Assembly: GCA_046583315.1 (NCBI GenBank) | Contig: JAYGCN010000352.1 | Coordinates: forward strand, 1 to 19,774 | From: Candidatus Hydrogenedentota bacterium | GTDB lineage: Bacteria; Hydrogenedentota; Hydrogenedentia; Hydrogenedentales; GCA-2746185 | Direction of reading: 5' to 3' | Length of the DNA: 19,774 nucleotides | Shown here: in pieces, positions 8,753 to 16,777 of the stretch | Layout: every line of letters starts with the position of its first letter | How positions within the stretch are numbered: position 1 is the stretch's first letter | Translations under genes and position numbers: made by a program | The notes under the pieces: generated by a model | Told to the model about the DNA's origin: nothing | What the model saw: only the letters and a program-made list of their open reading frames with translations | Database searches by the model: none

Positions 8753-8763
8753 ATAAAGACCAG

Positions 8764-10335
8764 ATGTCACCAATTATACTGATCGTCGGGTACCTGGCAA
8801 TTGTTACGGTGGCCGGCAGCCTTCTTGCCCGGCGAACTGCGAGCTCGAAAGATTGGGCCGTTGCCGGTGGTGGTATGGGCATGGGCATGATTGCCGTGGG
8901 CGTGGCCGGTACACGAATTGGCGGCGCGGGAACCTACGGCGTGGCCGGCAACGTAATGAGTGACGGCGTCTGGTACATGTGGTGGTACGCCATCAATACC
9001 TTCCTGGCAATGGCCATCGTCGGGTTCTTCTTCGCCAAGCCCTATCGACGCATGGGATTGCAGACCGTCGGCGAGATTTTCACCATTCGATTCGGTTCGC
9101 GTCGCAATCAAGTGCTGACCAGTCTCTGCGTGCAAATCGAATACTTTATTGTGAATTTGATCGAAGCCTACATCATTGCCGTCATATTGAAGGGAGTTAC
9201 TGCCGATACCGCTTATGCCATTCCCATGGGTGCCGGTGTTTTGATAGCCGCATTCATATTGGTCACCTTCGTATCCCTGGGGGGACTCTGGGGAACAGCC
9301 GTCACAAATCTTATTCACTGCGCCGTGATTCTGGCTGGCTTGGGGACCGTTGCGTACATGGGCACCCAACAACTCGGTGGCTGGGACGCAGTTTCGTCAA
9401 TCGTCGACGGTCACATCGATGCCTCGGAGAAAGACTACACGGGCTATTGGAAATTCGCAGGTGCTGGATGGGGCGCGGTATTCGGCATGTTTTTTTCCGC
9501 CGCGGTACACACGCCCGCCGCATCCATCTACACCAATTATTCGAGTGCTGCAAAAAATGAAAAAATTCTGCTTCCGGGCTTCCTGTTGGCGGGTGTTATT
9601 GGTGCCGCGATGCCCATTCTCGCGGGCATCGTCGGAATCCTTACCATTGCGAACTACGGCCTGAGTCCCGGAACCAGCTCCTACACGAATTTAACCAAGG
9701 TGGCAATGGACATCAGCCCGATCATCGGAAGTTTCGCATTGGCTGCGGTGCTAGCCGCTGTTATTTCGTCCGGTGGACCCATACTGCTCTCCAGCGCAAC
9801 CATGTTCGTTCGGGATTGGCTACCGTTCACCGAATCGTACTCGCCCGACAAGAAACTGAGGGCCTATAGAATCACGACAGCGGTCTATGGACTGATTGCG
9901 GCCTTGTCCGCCTATCTCGTCTCCAAGAACGAATCGGTATCCATTCTCGATCTATTGCTCTTCGGTTTCGCCATGGTCGTCCCGCCCGCCGTCGCAGTTG
10001 GTTATCTCATCTACTGGAAACGCACCACCGAGAAAGGGGCTTATTGGGGAATTCTCTCGGGCCTGATTTCCGGCCTCGTTTGGTTCATTTGCATCAAAAT
10101 TGCCTTGGGCGTTGAGCTGACCGTCGATGAAAGTTCTTCAGCGGTGATGCGTCTCGCCCATTACTGTTTCGTCCACAATGGAAAGGGGATCGACCCCTCC
10201 TACGTAACCACCTTCATCCCGCTGATCGTAACCCCGCTGGTATCGTTATCGACTCCGGAAACGGAGGACGGAAAAGATTCCTTCTATGCCAAAGTATCTG
10301 GACAGGAGCAGTCTGACGAATCAGGTGCAGCCTAA
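8764..10335 (+). CDS. Sodium:solute symporter (SSS/SLC5 family), substrate unknown
   Basis: 523 aa with ~13 hydrophobic helices. 'KDWAVAGGGM', 'TVGEIFTIRFGS', 'VSLGGLWGTAVTNLIH', 'AAVLAAVISS', 'YWKRTTEKGAYWG' are typical SSS motifs. Confidence 0.92.
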   Translation: MSPIILIVGYLAIVTVAGSLLARRTASSKDWAVAGGGMGMGMIAVGVAGTRIGGAGTYGVAGNVMSDGVWYMWWYAINTFLAMAIVGFFFAKPYRRMGLQTVGEIFTIRFGSRRNQVLTSLCVQIEYFIVNLIEAYIIAVILKGVTADTAYAIPMGAGVLIAAFILVTFVSLGGLWGTAVTNLIHCAVILAGLGTVAYMGTQQLGGWDAVSSIVDGHIDASEKDYTGYWKFAGAGWGAVFGMFFSAAVHTPAASIYTNYSSAAKNEKILLPGFLLAGVIGAAMPILAGIVGILTIANYGLSPGTSSYTNLTKVAMDISPIIGSFALAAVLAAVISSGGPILLSSATMFVRDWLPFTESYSPDKKLRAYRITTAVYGLIAALSAYLVSKNESVSILDLLLFGFAMVVPPAVAVGYLIYWKRTTEKGAYWGILSGLISGLVWFICIKIALGVELTVDESSSAVMRLAHYCFVHNGKGIDPSYVTTFIPLIVTPLVSLSTPETEDGKDSFYAKVSGQEQSDESGAA

Positions 10336-10349
10336 GAGGATCAATTCAC

Positions 10350-12266
10350 GTGAACGAGCACAGCGACGAACCCGATGACACCGTTGATGAGCCGAATGAG
10401 CAAGACGGCGATCCCTTAGAGATGGACTACGGGGACATCGACATTCACGCCGAAGTCATTGAAAACGAACCCGATGAAAATGTGCAGCATCTTGATGACG
10501 ATACGCCAACTGAAGACGATGGCGAACTCGAACTTGAAGAGCCCGAAGACAATCAATACGGGGAGCTTGACGACGAGCCTGCATATATGGATTCTGATCC
10601 AGACGATGCGGCGGAGTACGAGGAGCCAGACTACGAAGAGTTCGTTGAGGTACCCCTAGACGCGAAACCGGATGCCAGTCCTTCCGAAGAACCATCCGAA
10701 ATCTTCGGCCTATCCGGGATGTCCATCCTGTTGCTGATCGTTCTTGCCGGGTGCGGACTTCGGATTGCGTGGTACCTCAAGAATCCCGCGTTGTGGTTGG
10801 ACGAAGCAGCGGTGGTCGTGCAGATAGTGGCCCGCAGCTTTGGGGAACTGACCGAACCGCTGGCCGGACATCATAGCGCACCCATTGGATTCTTGTTGCT
10901 CGTAAAAAGTTGCATCTCGATGATCGGTACTCATGAGTTGGGGCTACGCGCATGGCCTCTCGTCGCCTCGATCCTGGGACTCATTGTGACGGCCCTCGTC
11001 GCGCGCAAGTCTTTGCCGAAATCTGGAGCGCTCATTGCTGCGGGGCTACTTGCCTTGTCATGGCCCGCCATCGGCTACGCGGCGGAGCTCAAACAATACA
11101 GTACCGATCTCATGGCCGCATCCATAATGTTCTTGCTGGGCTACGGGATTCTCACGAAAGAATTCACGCCAATAAGGATTATTATTTTCGGATTAGCGGG
11201 CGCGATACTTCAATGGTTCTCTCTACCCCTGTTATTTGTTCTCGCTGGGGTAGGCATCGTCGCCGGCTGTGACGCATTGCTCAAAGGAGACACCAAAAAA
11301 GCTGGCGCCCTCGTGTTGGCAGGTCTCGCGTGGACGGCAAGTTTCGCGGCCAACTATTTTGTCGCCCTGAAAGAGACTGCTGCCGATACAACATTACAAA
11401 GTTGGCACTACGAAGCGTTCCTGAAATTCCCGCCGGATCGAAGCTGGCCCGCAGCGCTAAAATGGATCGGCCGGACCTTTATGGATGGCTTCACCGACCC
11501 GGTCGGATTGTTACTGCCGGGGCTGGGCATGCTCGGGTTCATCGTGGGACTCATCACTCTCGGACGCCGCCGCTTTTCGTGGTTATTGATGTTGATAATG
11601 CCCATGGTCGTCATGCTCCTCGCCTCATACCTGCAGCGTTATCCGATATTCGGTCGCTTCTTGCAATTCCTGCTGCCGGCACTCGTTCTGATTACCGGGG
11701 CAGGGCTGGGTGAAATTACACGCGTATTGTGGGCCAACGGTCAGCGTACATTTGCCTCGATTTTTATCGCACTGCTCTTCGTTCAACCCGCTATGGTCGC
11801 GGCCAATGAATTGATGAAACCAGTTGACGCGGGAATACGTCCAGCAGTTGTCTATTTGAAAGATCATTACGCCGAAGGAGACAGCTTCTATCTGCACTAC
11901 TGGTTGCACCACGAATATGCGTATCACTCGGATCAGCTCGAAGGCGTGCCGCTGGAGGATGCCTACGTGGGACTGACCTCACGTGGCGATTGGTCCTATT
12001 ATCGAGACGAAATCGCGAGCTTGGGCGGGAATTCGAAGGTATGGTTCGCGTTGAAAGAAGACGACACCCATCTCATGGTCGGAGAGCGACGCTATTTTGA
12101 AACAGAACTGAATCGCTTGGGCGAGCAACTAGACCATCAGCAATGGGGCGGCCTGCATCTCTACGCATACGACCTGTCGAAGCTTGAACCAGTCCCACTG
12201 AAACTACCTACAGAGCCCGCCAGCGGTGAGGTCGACGTGATAATTGAAGGCGTTTCTAATGAATGA
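10350..12266 (+). CDS. GT-C fold (GT39/PMT_2-like) polytopic membrane glycosyltransferase with acidic N-terminal extension
   Basis: GTG start 9 nt after GAGGA (10336-10340). 'LWLDEA' after TM1, 'HSAPIGFLLL', 'ELGLRAWP', 'YAAELKQYS', 'YPIFGRF' are GT-C motifs. About 11 TM helices plus a C-terminal soluble domain. Confidence 0.8.
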   Translation: MNEHSDEPDDTVDEPNEQDGDPLEMDYGDIDIHAEVIENEPDENVQHLDDDTPTEDDGELELEEPEDNQYGELDDEPAYMDSDPDDAAEYEEPDYEEFVEVPLDAKPDASPSEEPSEIFGLSGMSILLLIVLAGCGLRIAWYLKNPALWLDEAAVVVQIVARSFGELTEPLAGHHSAPIGFLLLVKSCISMIGTHELGLRAWPLVASILGLIVTALVARKSLPKSGALIAAGLLALSWPAIGYAAELKQYSTDLMAASIMFLLGYGILTKEFTPIRIIIFGLAGAILQWFSLPLLFVLAGVGIVAGCDALLKGDTKKAGALVLAGLAWTASFAANYFVALKETAADTTLQSWHYEAFLKFPPDRSWPAALKWIGRTFMDGFTDPVGLLLPGLGMLGFIVGLITLGRRRFSWLLMLIMPMVVMLLASYLQRYPIFGRFLQFLLPALVLITGAGLGEITRVLWANGQRTFASIFIALLFVQPAMVAANELMKPVDAGIRPAVVYLKDHYAEGDSFYLHYWLHHEYAYHSDQLEGVPLEDAYVGLTSRGDWSYYRDEIASLGGNSKVWFALKEDDTHLMVGERRYFETELNRLGEQLDHQQWGGLHLYAYDLSKLEPVPLKLPTEPASGEVDVIIEGVSNE

Positions 12267-12301
12267 TAGAATCGCCTTCATCACATCGTAAGGAACTATA
12301 T

Positions 12302-13987
12302 ATGGCGCGGCTGTTTTTCGTTGCTTTACTGACACTTGGACTCAATTGCTCATCTGCCATTGCGCAGTTTGAAGCGAGTTTCGTGTTGCTCAACGGCAAG
12401 ATATATACCGGCAACGAAAAAGGCGACGTGGTAAAGGCGATACACATCCACAAAGGTAAAATCGCCGCAGTGGGCAGCAACGAGGCCATGCTCGGACGAG
12501 TAAAACCGGGCACGCGCGTGGTGGAGCTTCAAGGCCGAACGGTACTGCCCGGCTTCATCGATTCACACGGCCATCTGCTTAATCTCGGCCTGAGCCTGAT
12601 GAACCTCGACCTCGTGGGTACCTCGATCTATGAGGAGATCGTGGGTCGGGTTGCCGAAGCGGTAGAAAACCGAAAACCCGGCGAGTGGATTATCGGCCGC
12701 GGCTGGGATCAGAATGACTGGGCGGAAAAAGCCTTTCCGAGCCACGGCGCATTAAGTGCCATTTCCCCGAACAACCCCGTTCTGCTGACCCGTATTGATG
12801 GCCATGCGAGTTTGGTGAACGCTGAGGCGATGCGGCGGGCAGGACTCACGATTGACACTGCCGATCCCGATGGCGGGCGTATCATGCGCGATTCGGAAGG
12901 GGTTCCAACAGGCGTGCTGATTGACAGAGCATCGGGCCTGGTGTCCACCAAAGTTCCCGCGCCCGATTCGCAGACAAAAAAGAGAGCGATCCGAATGGCC
13001 ATCGATCACTGCACGGCGAAGGGCCTGACCTCGATTCATGATGCAGGCGTGACTCGGGAGACAGTAGATCTCTATAAGGAAGCGATCGATTCCAATCGAT
13101 TTAATTTTCGTGTGTATGCGATGTTGCGCGCGCAAAAATTCGATGACTTCGAATCCTTTACAACTTTTCTGAACCAAAAGCCGCTCATCGGCTATGGGAA
13201 CGATCAACTGACGGTGCGCAGTGTAAAGGTTGTGGCGGATGGTGCACTCGGATCGCGCGGCGCGGCGTTATTTGACGCCTACACCGATGAGCCGGGGAAC
13301 AAAGGTCTGTTGATCACGGATCTTGCACAACTCACACTCATTTCCAATATCGCGTTGAGCAAGGGATATCAAGTGAATGCACATGCGATCGGTGATCTGG
13401 CAAACAACGCCGTGCTGACCGCCTACGCCACCGCGTTCAAGCGAAAAAATGGATCGAAATACCGATTCCGAATTGAGCATGCACAAATCATGCGCCCGGA
13501 AGATATCGAATGGATGGGCAAGCTAGGGGTGATCGCTTCGATTCAGGCGACCCACGCAACCTCGGACATGCCCTGGGTCGAAGAGCGCGTCGGAGCGGAA
13601 CGCATTCAAGGCGCTTATGCCTGGCGCACGATGATAGACGACGATGTGCGTATTGCAAACGGGTCGGATTTTCCCGTGGAAAACGCGAACCCGCTATGGG
13701 GATTTTACGCGGCGATTACGCGCGCGGACCATGAAGGGAATCCTGCTGGCGGATGGCGCGCCGATCAGGCATTGACTCGGGAAGAAGCATTACACAGTTT
13801 CACCTTGGGCGGTGCCTATGCGGCGTTTGAAGAGGACATCAAAGGTAGTCTGGAAGCGGGAAAATGGGCCGATTTAGTAATACTTTCTAAAGATATTATG
13901 ACAATTCCAGCCGCCGAGATTCTGGAAATCGAGGTGTTGTTGACCTTGATCGGTGGCAAGGTTGTTCATCGCACCGAGCCGTTCTAA
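12302..13987 (+). CDS. Exported metal-dependent amidohydrolase, YtcJ/NfdA-like (Amidohydro_3)
   Basis: ATG 12302 follows AAGGA (12290-12294); alternative start 12263 overlaps the upstream stop. Signal peptide MARLFFVALLTLGLNCSSAIA. Motifs 'PGFIDSHGH', 'GRGWDQ', 'KVVADGALGSR', 'HAIGD', 'RIEHAQ', 'GSDFPVE', 'KGSLEAGKWADLVIL'. Confidence 0.92.
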   Translation: MARLFFVALLTLGLNCSSAIAQFEASFVLLNGKIYTGNEKGDVVKAIHIHKGKIAAVGSNEAMLGRVKPGTRVVELQGRTVLPGFIDSHGHLLNLGLSLMNLDLVGTSIYEEIVGRVAEAVENRKPGEWIIGRGWDQNDWAEKAFPSHGALSAISPNNPVLLTRIDGHASLVNAEAMRRAGLTIDTADPDGGRIMRDSEGVPTGVLIDRASGLVSTKVPAPDSQTKKRAIRMAIDHCTAKGLTSIHDAGVTRETVDLYKEAIDSNRFNFRVYAMLRAQKFDDFESFTTFLNQKPLIGYGNDQLTVRSVKVVADGALGSRGAALFDAYTDEPGNKGLLITDLAQLTLISNIALSKGYQVNAHAIGDLANNAVLTAYATAFKRKNGSKYRFRIEHAQIMRPEDIEWMGKLGVIASIQATHATSDMPWVEERVGAERIQGAYAWRTMIDDDVRIANGSDFPVENANPLWGFYAAITRADHEGNPAGGWRADQALTREEALHSFTLGGAYAAFEEDIKGSLEAGKWADLVILSKDIMTIPAAEILEIEVLLTLIGGKVVHRTEPF

Positions 13988-14925
13988 CGCGACTTCTCGT
14001 CATCGGAGTCGGATGTCCTCGCCCAATAAGTTGCAAGTGAGCTACCCGTCAGATTGTGTACGATACTGAAGAGGCTTGAAGGCAACGCGACGAGAGGACT
14101 GGCAAAATGCGTCGTGGCCAGCGTAACACCGAGCCCACTGTTTTGCATACCAACTTCGATGGCGACCGTACGTCGTGCCGCTTCGGGTAGTCTGAACAGT
14201 GTGGCAAGACCATACCCCGCCAGCATTCCCAAGAGGTTGTGCACAACGACCAGCACGCCGAGTAATCCGATTACCTCCGGTAGTTTATCTTTGGACAATG
14301 CGACTATCGTGGCGATGATGAGTACGATGATAAGCATGGAGATCGCCGGAAACACGTCGAGAAAACGCCGTACCTTGTCCGTGAACCAGTATCGAATGGC
14401 GAATCCGGCGGTTACGGGTATGAGCACAATTTTTACAACACTCAGCAACATCGCCGTTGCGTTGACTTCCAAATACTCGCCGCCCAGTGTACTGATCAAC
14501 AATGGAGTCAACAATACGCCGAGCACCGTGGAACACGTCGTCATCGTTACCGAAAGCGCGACATCCGCTTTGGCGAGATAGGCGATGACGTTGGATACAG
14601 TGCCGCCTGGACACGATCCGAGAATGATAAAACCCATCGCGATCTCGTCACTAAGGCGAAACACGCGCGCGATGGCAAACGCGAGAAGCGGCATCAATAG
14701 AAACTGTCCAAGCACGCCGCAACTTACAGCCCGTTTCATGCGGGAGACGCGCAGCAGGTCCTCCGGTACAAGCGTCATGCCCATGCCAAACATAATGACA
14801 CCGAGTCCGGGTACAATGCCGGGAAGAAGCTGGGTAAAGGATTCGGGGATAAGGTAAGCGGCAATCGAAAACAAGATGACCCAGAGGACAAATCCATTGG
14901 TCCAGCGCGTCACCCATCGACTCAT
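13984..14925 (-). CDS. Bile acid:sodium symporter (BASS/SBF) family transporter, PanS/YocS-like
   Basis: ATG 14925 follows AGGGGA on the minus strand (track start 14949 is probably too long). Motifs 'IMFGMGMTL', 'QFLLMPL', 'SCPGGTVSNV', 'DVALSV', 'IEVGMQNSGLG'. About 9-10 TM helices. Confidence 0.92.
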   Translation of the reverse strand: MSRWVTRWTNGFVLWVILFSIAAYLIPESFTQLLPGIVPGLGVIMFGMGMTLVPEDLLRVSRMKRAVSCGVLGQFLLMPLLAFAIARVFRLSDEIAMGFIILGSCPGGTVSNVIAYLAKADVALSVTMTTCSTVLGVLLTPLLISTLGGEYLEVNATAMLLSVVKIVLIPVTAGFAIRYWFTDKVRRFLDVFPAISMLIIVLIIATIVALSKDKLPEVIGLLGVLVVVHNLLGMLAGYGLATLFRLPEAARRTVAIEVGMQNSGLGVTLATTHFASPLVALPSSLFSIVHNLTGSSLATYWARTSDSDDEKSR

Positions 14926-14964
14926 TGATTCCCCTCGTTGAACGGTCATAATGGCGATGAGTGT

Positions 14965-15014
14965 GGCACGATCGCTTGAAAAATTGCAAATAGGGCAATC
15001 AATTAGGCACGATC
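14965..15014. promoter_or_regulatory. Candidate operator in divergent intergenic region: two GGCACGATC direct repeats flanking an ATTGC-N7-GCAAT inverted repeat
   Basis: GGCACGATC at 14965-14973 and 15006-15014; ATTGC 14983-14987 and GCAAT 14995-14999. Confidence 0.3.
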
Positions 15015-15056
15015 AGCGTGTATCATAAGTATGAATCGCTTACGGAGATGTTTATC

Positions 15057-15530
15057 ATGAAACGAATGATCGGAATGGCCCTTGTATGCCTGCTCGCATT
15101 AAGTGGGGGGCCTCATGTTTCTGCGGCCAAGGAATATACACCGGAAGTGCAAGGGGCAATTGATGCGGCGATGCAATCCCTGGACGACTATATGCTTGCC
15201 TTCAATTCACGCGATACCAAGGCCTGGGCCGCGACTTTGAACTATCCTCATGTACGCATTGCCAGTGGCAACGTGCGCGTGTGGCAGACCGAAGAAGAGT
15301 ACGCGGCCTATATGGACTTCGATGCCTTCGCGAAACGTTTCGGCTGGGATCATAGTCATTGGATTAGCCGCGAGACTATCAGCGCAACACCGGACAAGGT
15401 GCACGTGATGACAACCTTCCAGCGATTCAACGACAAAAATGAACCCATCGCCACCTACGCGTCACTCTATATCGTCACGCTGGTAGAGGGTCACTGGGGT
15501 ACACAGGCGCGATCCAGTTCCGCTCCCTAA
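15057..15530 (+). CDS. Exported SnoaL/NTF2-like fold protein (157 aa)
   Basis: ATG 15057 follows GGAG (15044-15047). Signal peptide MKRMIGMALVCLLALSGGPHVSA. 'LDDYMLAFNSRDTKAWAATLNYP' and 'KVHVMTTFQRFNDKNEPI...SLYIVTLVEGHWG' follow the NTF2-like pattern. Confidence 0.7.
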   Translation: MKRMIGMALVCLLALSGGPHVSAAKEYTPEVQGAIDAAMQSLDDYMLAFNSRDTKAWAATLNYPHVRIASGNVRVWQTEEEYAAYMDFDAFAKRFGWDHSHWISRETISATPDKVHVMTTFQRFNDKNEPIATYASLYIVTLVEGHWGTQARSSSAP

Positions 15531-16330
15531 CGTCCTTTGAATACAGGTTCCCGTTTTTCCACGAAGGCCTGTGCACCTTCCTTGTGGTCTTCCGTTTCGC
15601 CGCAACGAATGTGCGTCATCGCTTCACGGTCTAGAATCGTTCGGAAGTCCTGACGCGTCGCGAGATTGATGTTTTCCTTCATGTAGCGAAAACTGACCCG
15701 TGGGCCGTTCGCAATACGGGTCGCCGCCTCCATCGCTTGCGCCTTGAGATTGTCGTGGTCAACAACCCGGTTCACAAGATTAATGCGATGCGCCTCTGCG
15801 GCATCAATGATGTCTGGCAGGAAAAACATCTCCTTGGCTTTCGCTTCACCCACGAGTTGCGTGAGTTGCCAGGTGGTTCCGTAGTCCCCGCCATAGCCGA
15901 CCTTCGCATAGGCCGTGCCGTATTTTGCCTTGTCCGAAGAAATTCGCAAATCACACGATAGCGCGAGACCCAATCCCGCTCCCACCGCAAAACCATTGAC
16001 CGCCGCGATAGTCGCTTTCGGCATCGAGTGTAGCGTCCAGCAGATCTCCTGACCGTAACGAAGCAGATCGATTTTTTCTTCAATACCGACTTCGGCGCCT
16101 CCGATCTCCTTGCCTTTGGCCATGGAACTGACATCGCCGCCAGCGCAGAAAGCACGTCCTTCGCCAGTGATGACCACCGCGCCGATGGCGGGGTTGATAG
16201 ACCAGTCCGCGAGAGCTTCCCGGATAATTCTGTTCATATCGCCACTCAAGGCGTTCAACTGATCAGGTCGATTCAAGGTAATGATGCCAACAGCATCCTG
16301 GACTTCAACGAGGGCATGTTCGGTACTCAT
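15527..16330 (-). CDS. Enoyl-CoA hydratase/isomerase (crotonase) family protein, PaaG-like subgroup
   Basis: AAGGAG RBS upstream. Motifs 'ITLNRPDQLNAL', 'ITGEGRAFCAGGD', 'IAAVNGFAVGAGLGLALSCDLR', 'TEDHKEGAQAFVEKREPVFKG'. Confidence 0.93.
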   Translation of the reverse strand: MSTEHALVEVQDAVGIITLNRPDQLNALSGDMNRIIREALADWSINPAIGAVVITGEGRAFCAGGDVSSMAKGKEIGGAEVGIEEKIDLLRYGQEICWTLHSMPKATIAAVNGFAVGAGLGLALSCDLRISSDKAKYGTAYAKVGYGGDYGTTWQLTQLVGEAKAKEMFFLPDIIDAAEAHRINLVNRVVDHDNLKAQAMEAATRIANGPRVSFRYMKENINLATRQDFRTILDREAMTHIRCGETEDHKEGAQAFVEKREPVFKGR

Positions 16331-16459
16331 GGATAGGGACTCCTTTTATTCGGTCGTTGACGCAACATTTGGTATTTCGTATGGAGCGTTACAGCAACCA
16401 GTACCGTAGCATGTTTACCCGTGTCTGATAAACCATGCCCTCCTAGCCTGCAACGATCT

Positions 16460-16621
16460 CTATCGGGGACCCATTAATTCCAACTCAATCCATGATTCGA
16501 CCGATCCGTATTGATTTTGCATGTGTTTAAATAAGACGCGAAATCCGTTGGCGAACAACCGCATTGGAGTTCTCCTTGCACGGAAATCTCGTATTTCATT
16601 CAACATGTTCTCCTTTCCCAT
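16460..16621 (-). CDS. Probable small hypothetical protein (53 aa)
   Basis: Minus strand reads AAAAAAGGAGAGGGATT-ATG: a strong SD 7 nt before ATG 16621. It fills an otherwise empty intergenic gap and is co-oriented with the crotonase gene. Product MGKENMLNEIRDFRARRTPMRLFANGFRVLFKHMQNQYGSVESWIELELMGPR. Confidence 0.55.
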   Translation of the reverse strand: MGKENMLNEIRDFRARRTPMRLFANGFRVLFKHMQNQYGSVESWIELELMGPR

Positions 16622-16699
16622 AATCCCTCTCCTTTTTTCTGCCCCTACGATTCTTAGTTGCACTCATCCCCATGCATACCTCATTCCTCCATTCGAAAA

Positions 16700-16729
16700 T
16701 TGACTGAAATCATCCAAAATCGCTACTAT
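16700..16729 (+). promoter_or_regulatory. Putative sigma70-type promoter for the ceramidase-like operon
   Basis: TTGACT (16700-16705), 18-nt spacer, TACTAT (16724-16729), with an A-rich stretch just upstream. Confidence 0.5.
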
Positions 16730-16777
16730 TTACCTGCAGAGGCACTGTGGCCTCTCGGGGAATACGGGGGTATTGCC

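Noticed and set aside
8767..9560. ORFs 8767-9372 (-) and 8979-9560 (+, alternate frame)
   Set aside because: They overlap the well-supported SSS gene; their H/R/G-rich composition is typical of off-frame reading of hydrophobic codons.
7638..12266. A bacterial GPI-anchor-like pathway (C13-like protein plus GT-C transferase)
   Set aside because: Tempting analogy, but the C13-like protein lacks the Cys, the GT-C gene is separated from it by a structured spacer and an unrelated transporter, and nothing in the sequence links them functionally.
14054..14581. 175-aa plus-strand ORF
   Set aside because: Antisense to the BASS transporter; S/T-rich mirror translation.
14964..14979. TGGCACGATCGCTTGA as a sigma54 promoter
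   Set aside because: The -24 element matches, but the -12 element is displaced by one base and reads TTGA rather than TTGC; sigma54 spacing is strict.
1547..16777. ORF-track starts at 1547, 7554, 12263, 14949, 15018 and 16658
   Set aside because: Downstream starts (1607, 7638, 12302, 14925, 15057, ~16778) have better SD spacing or stop-start coupling, and in the exported proteins they place the signal peptide at the N-terminus.
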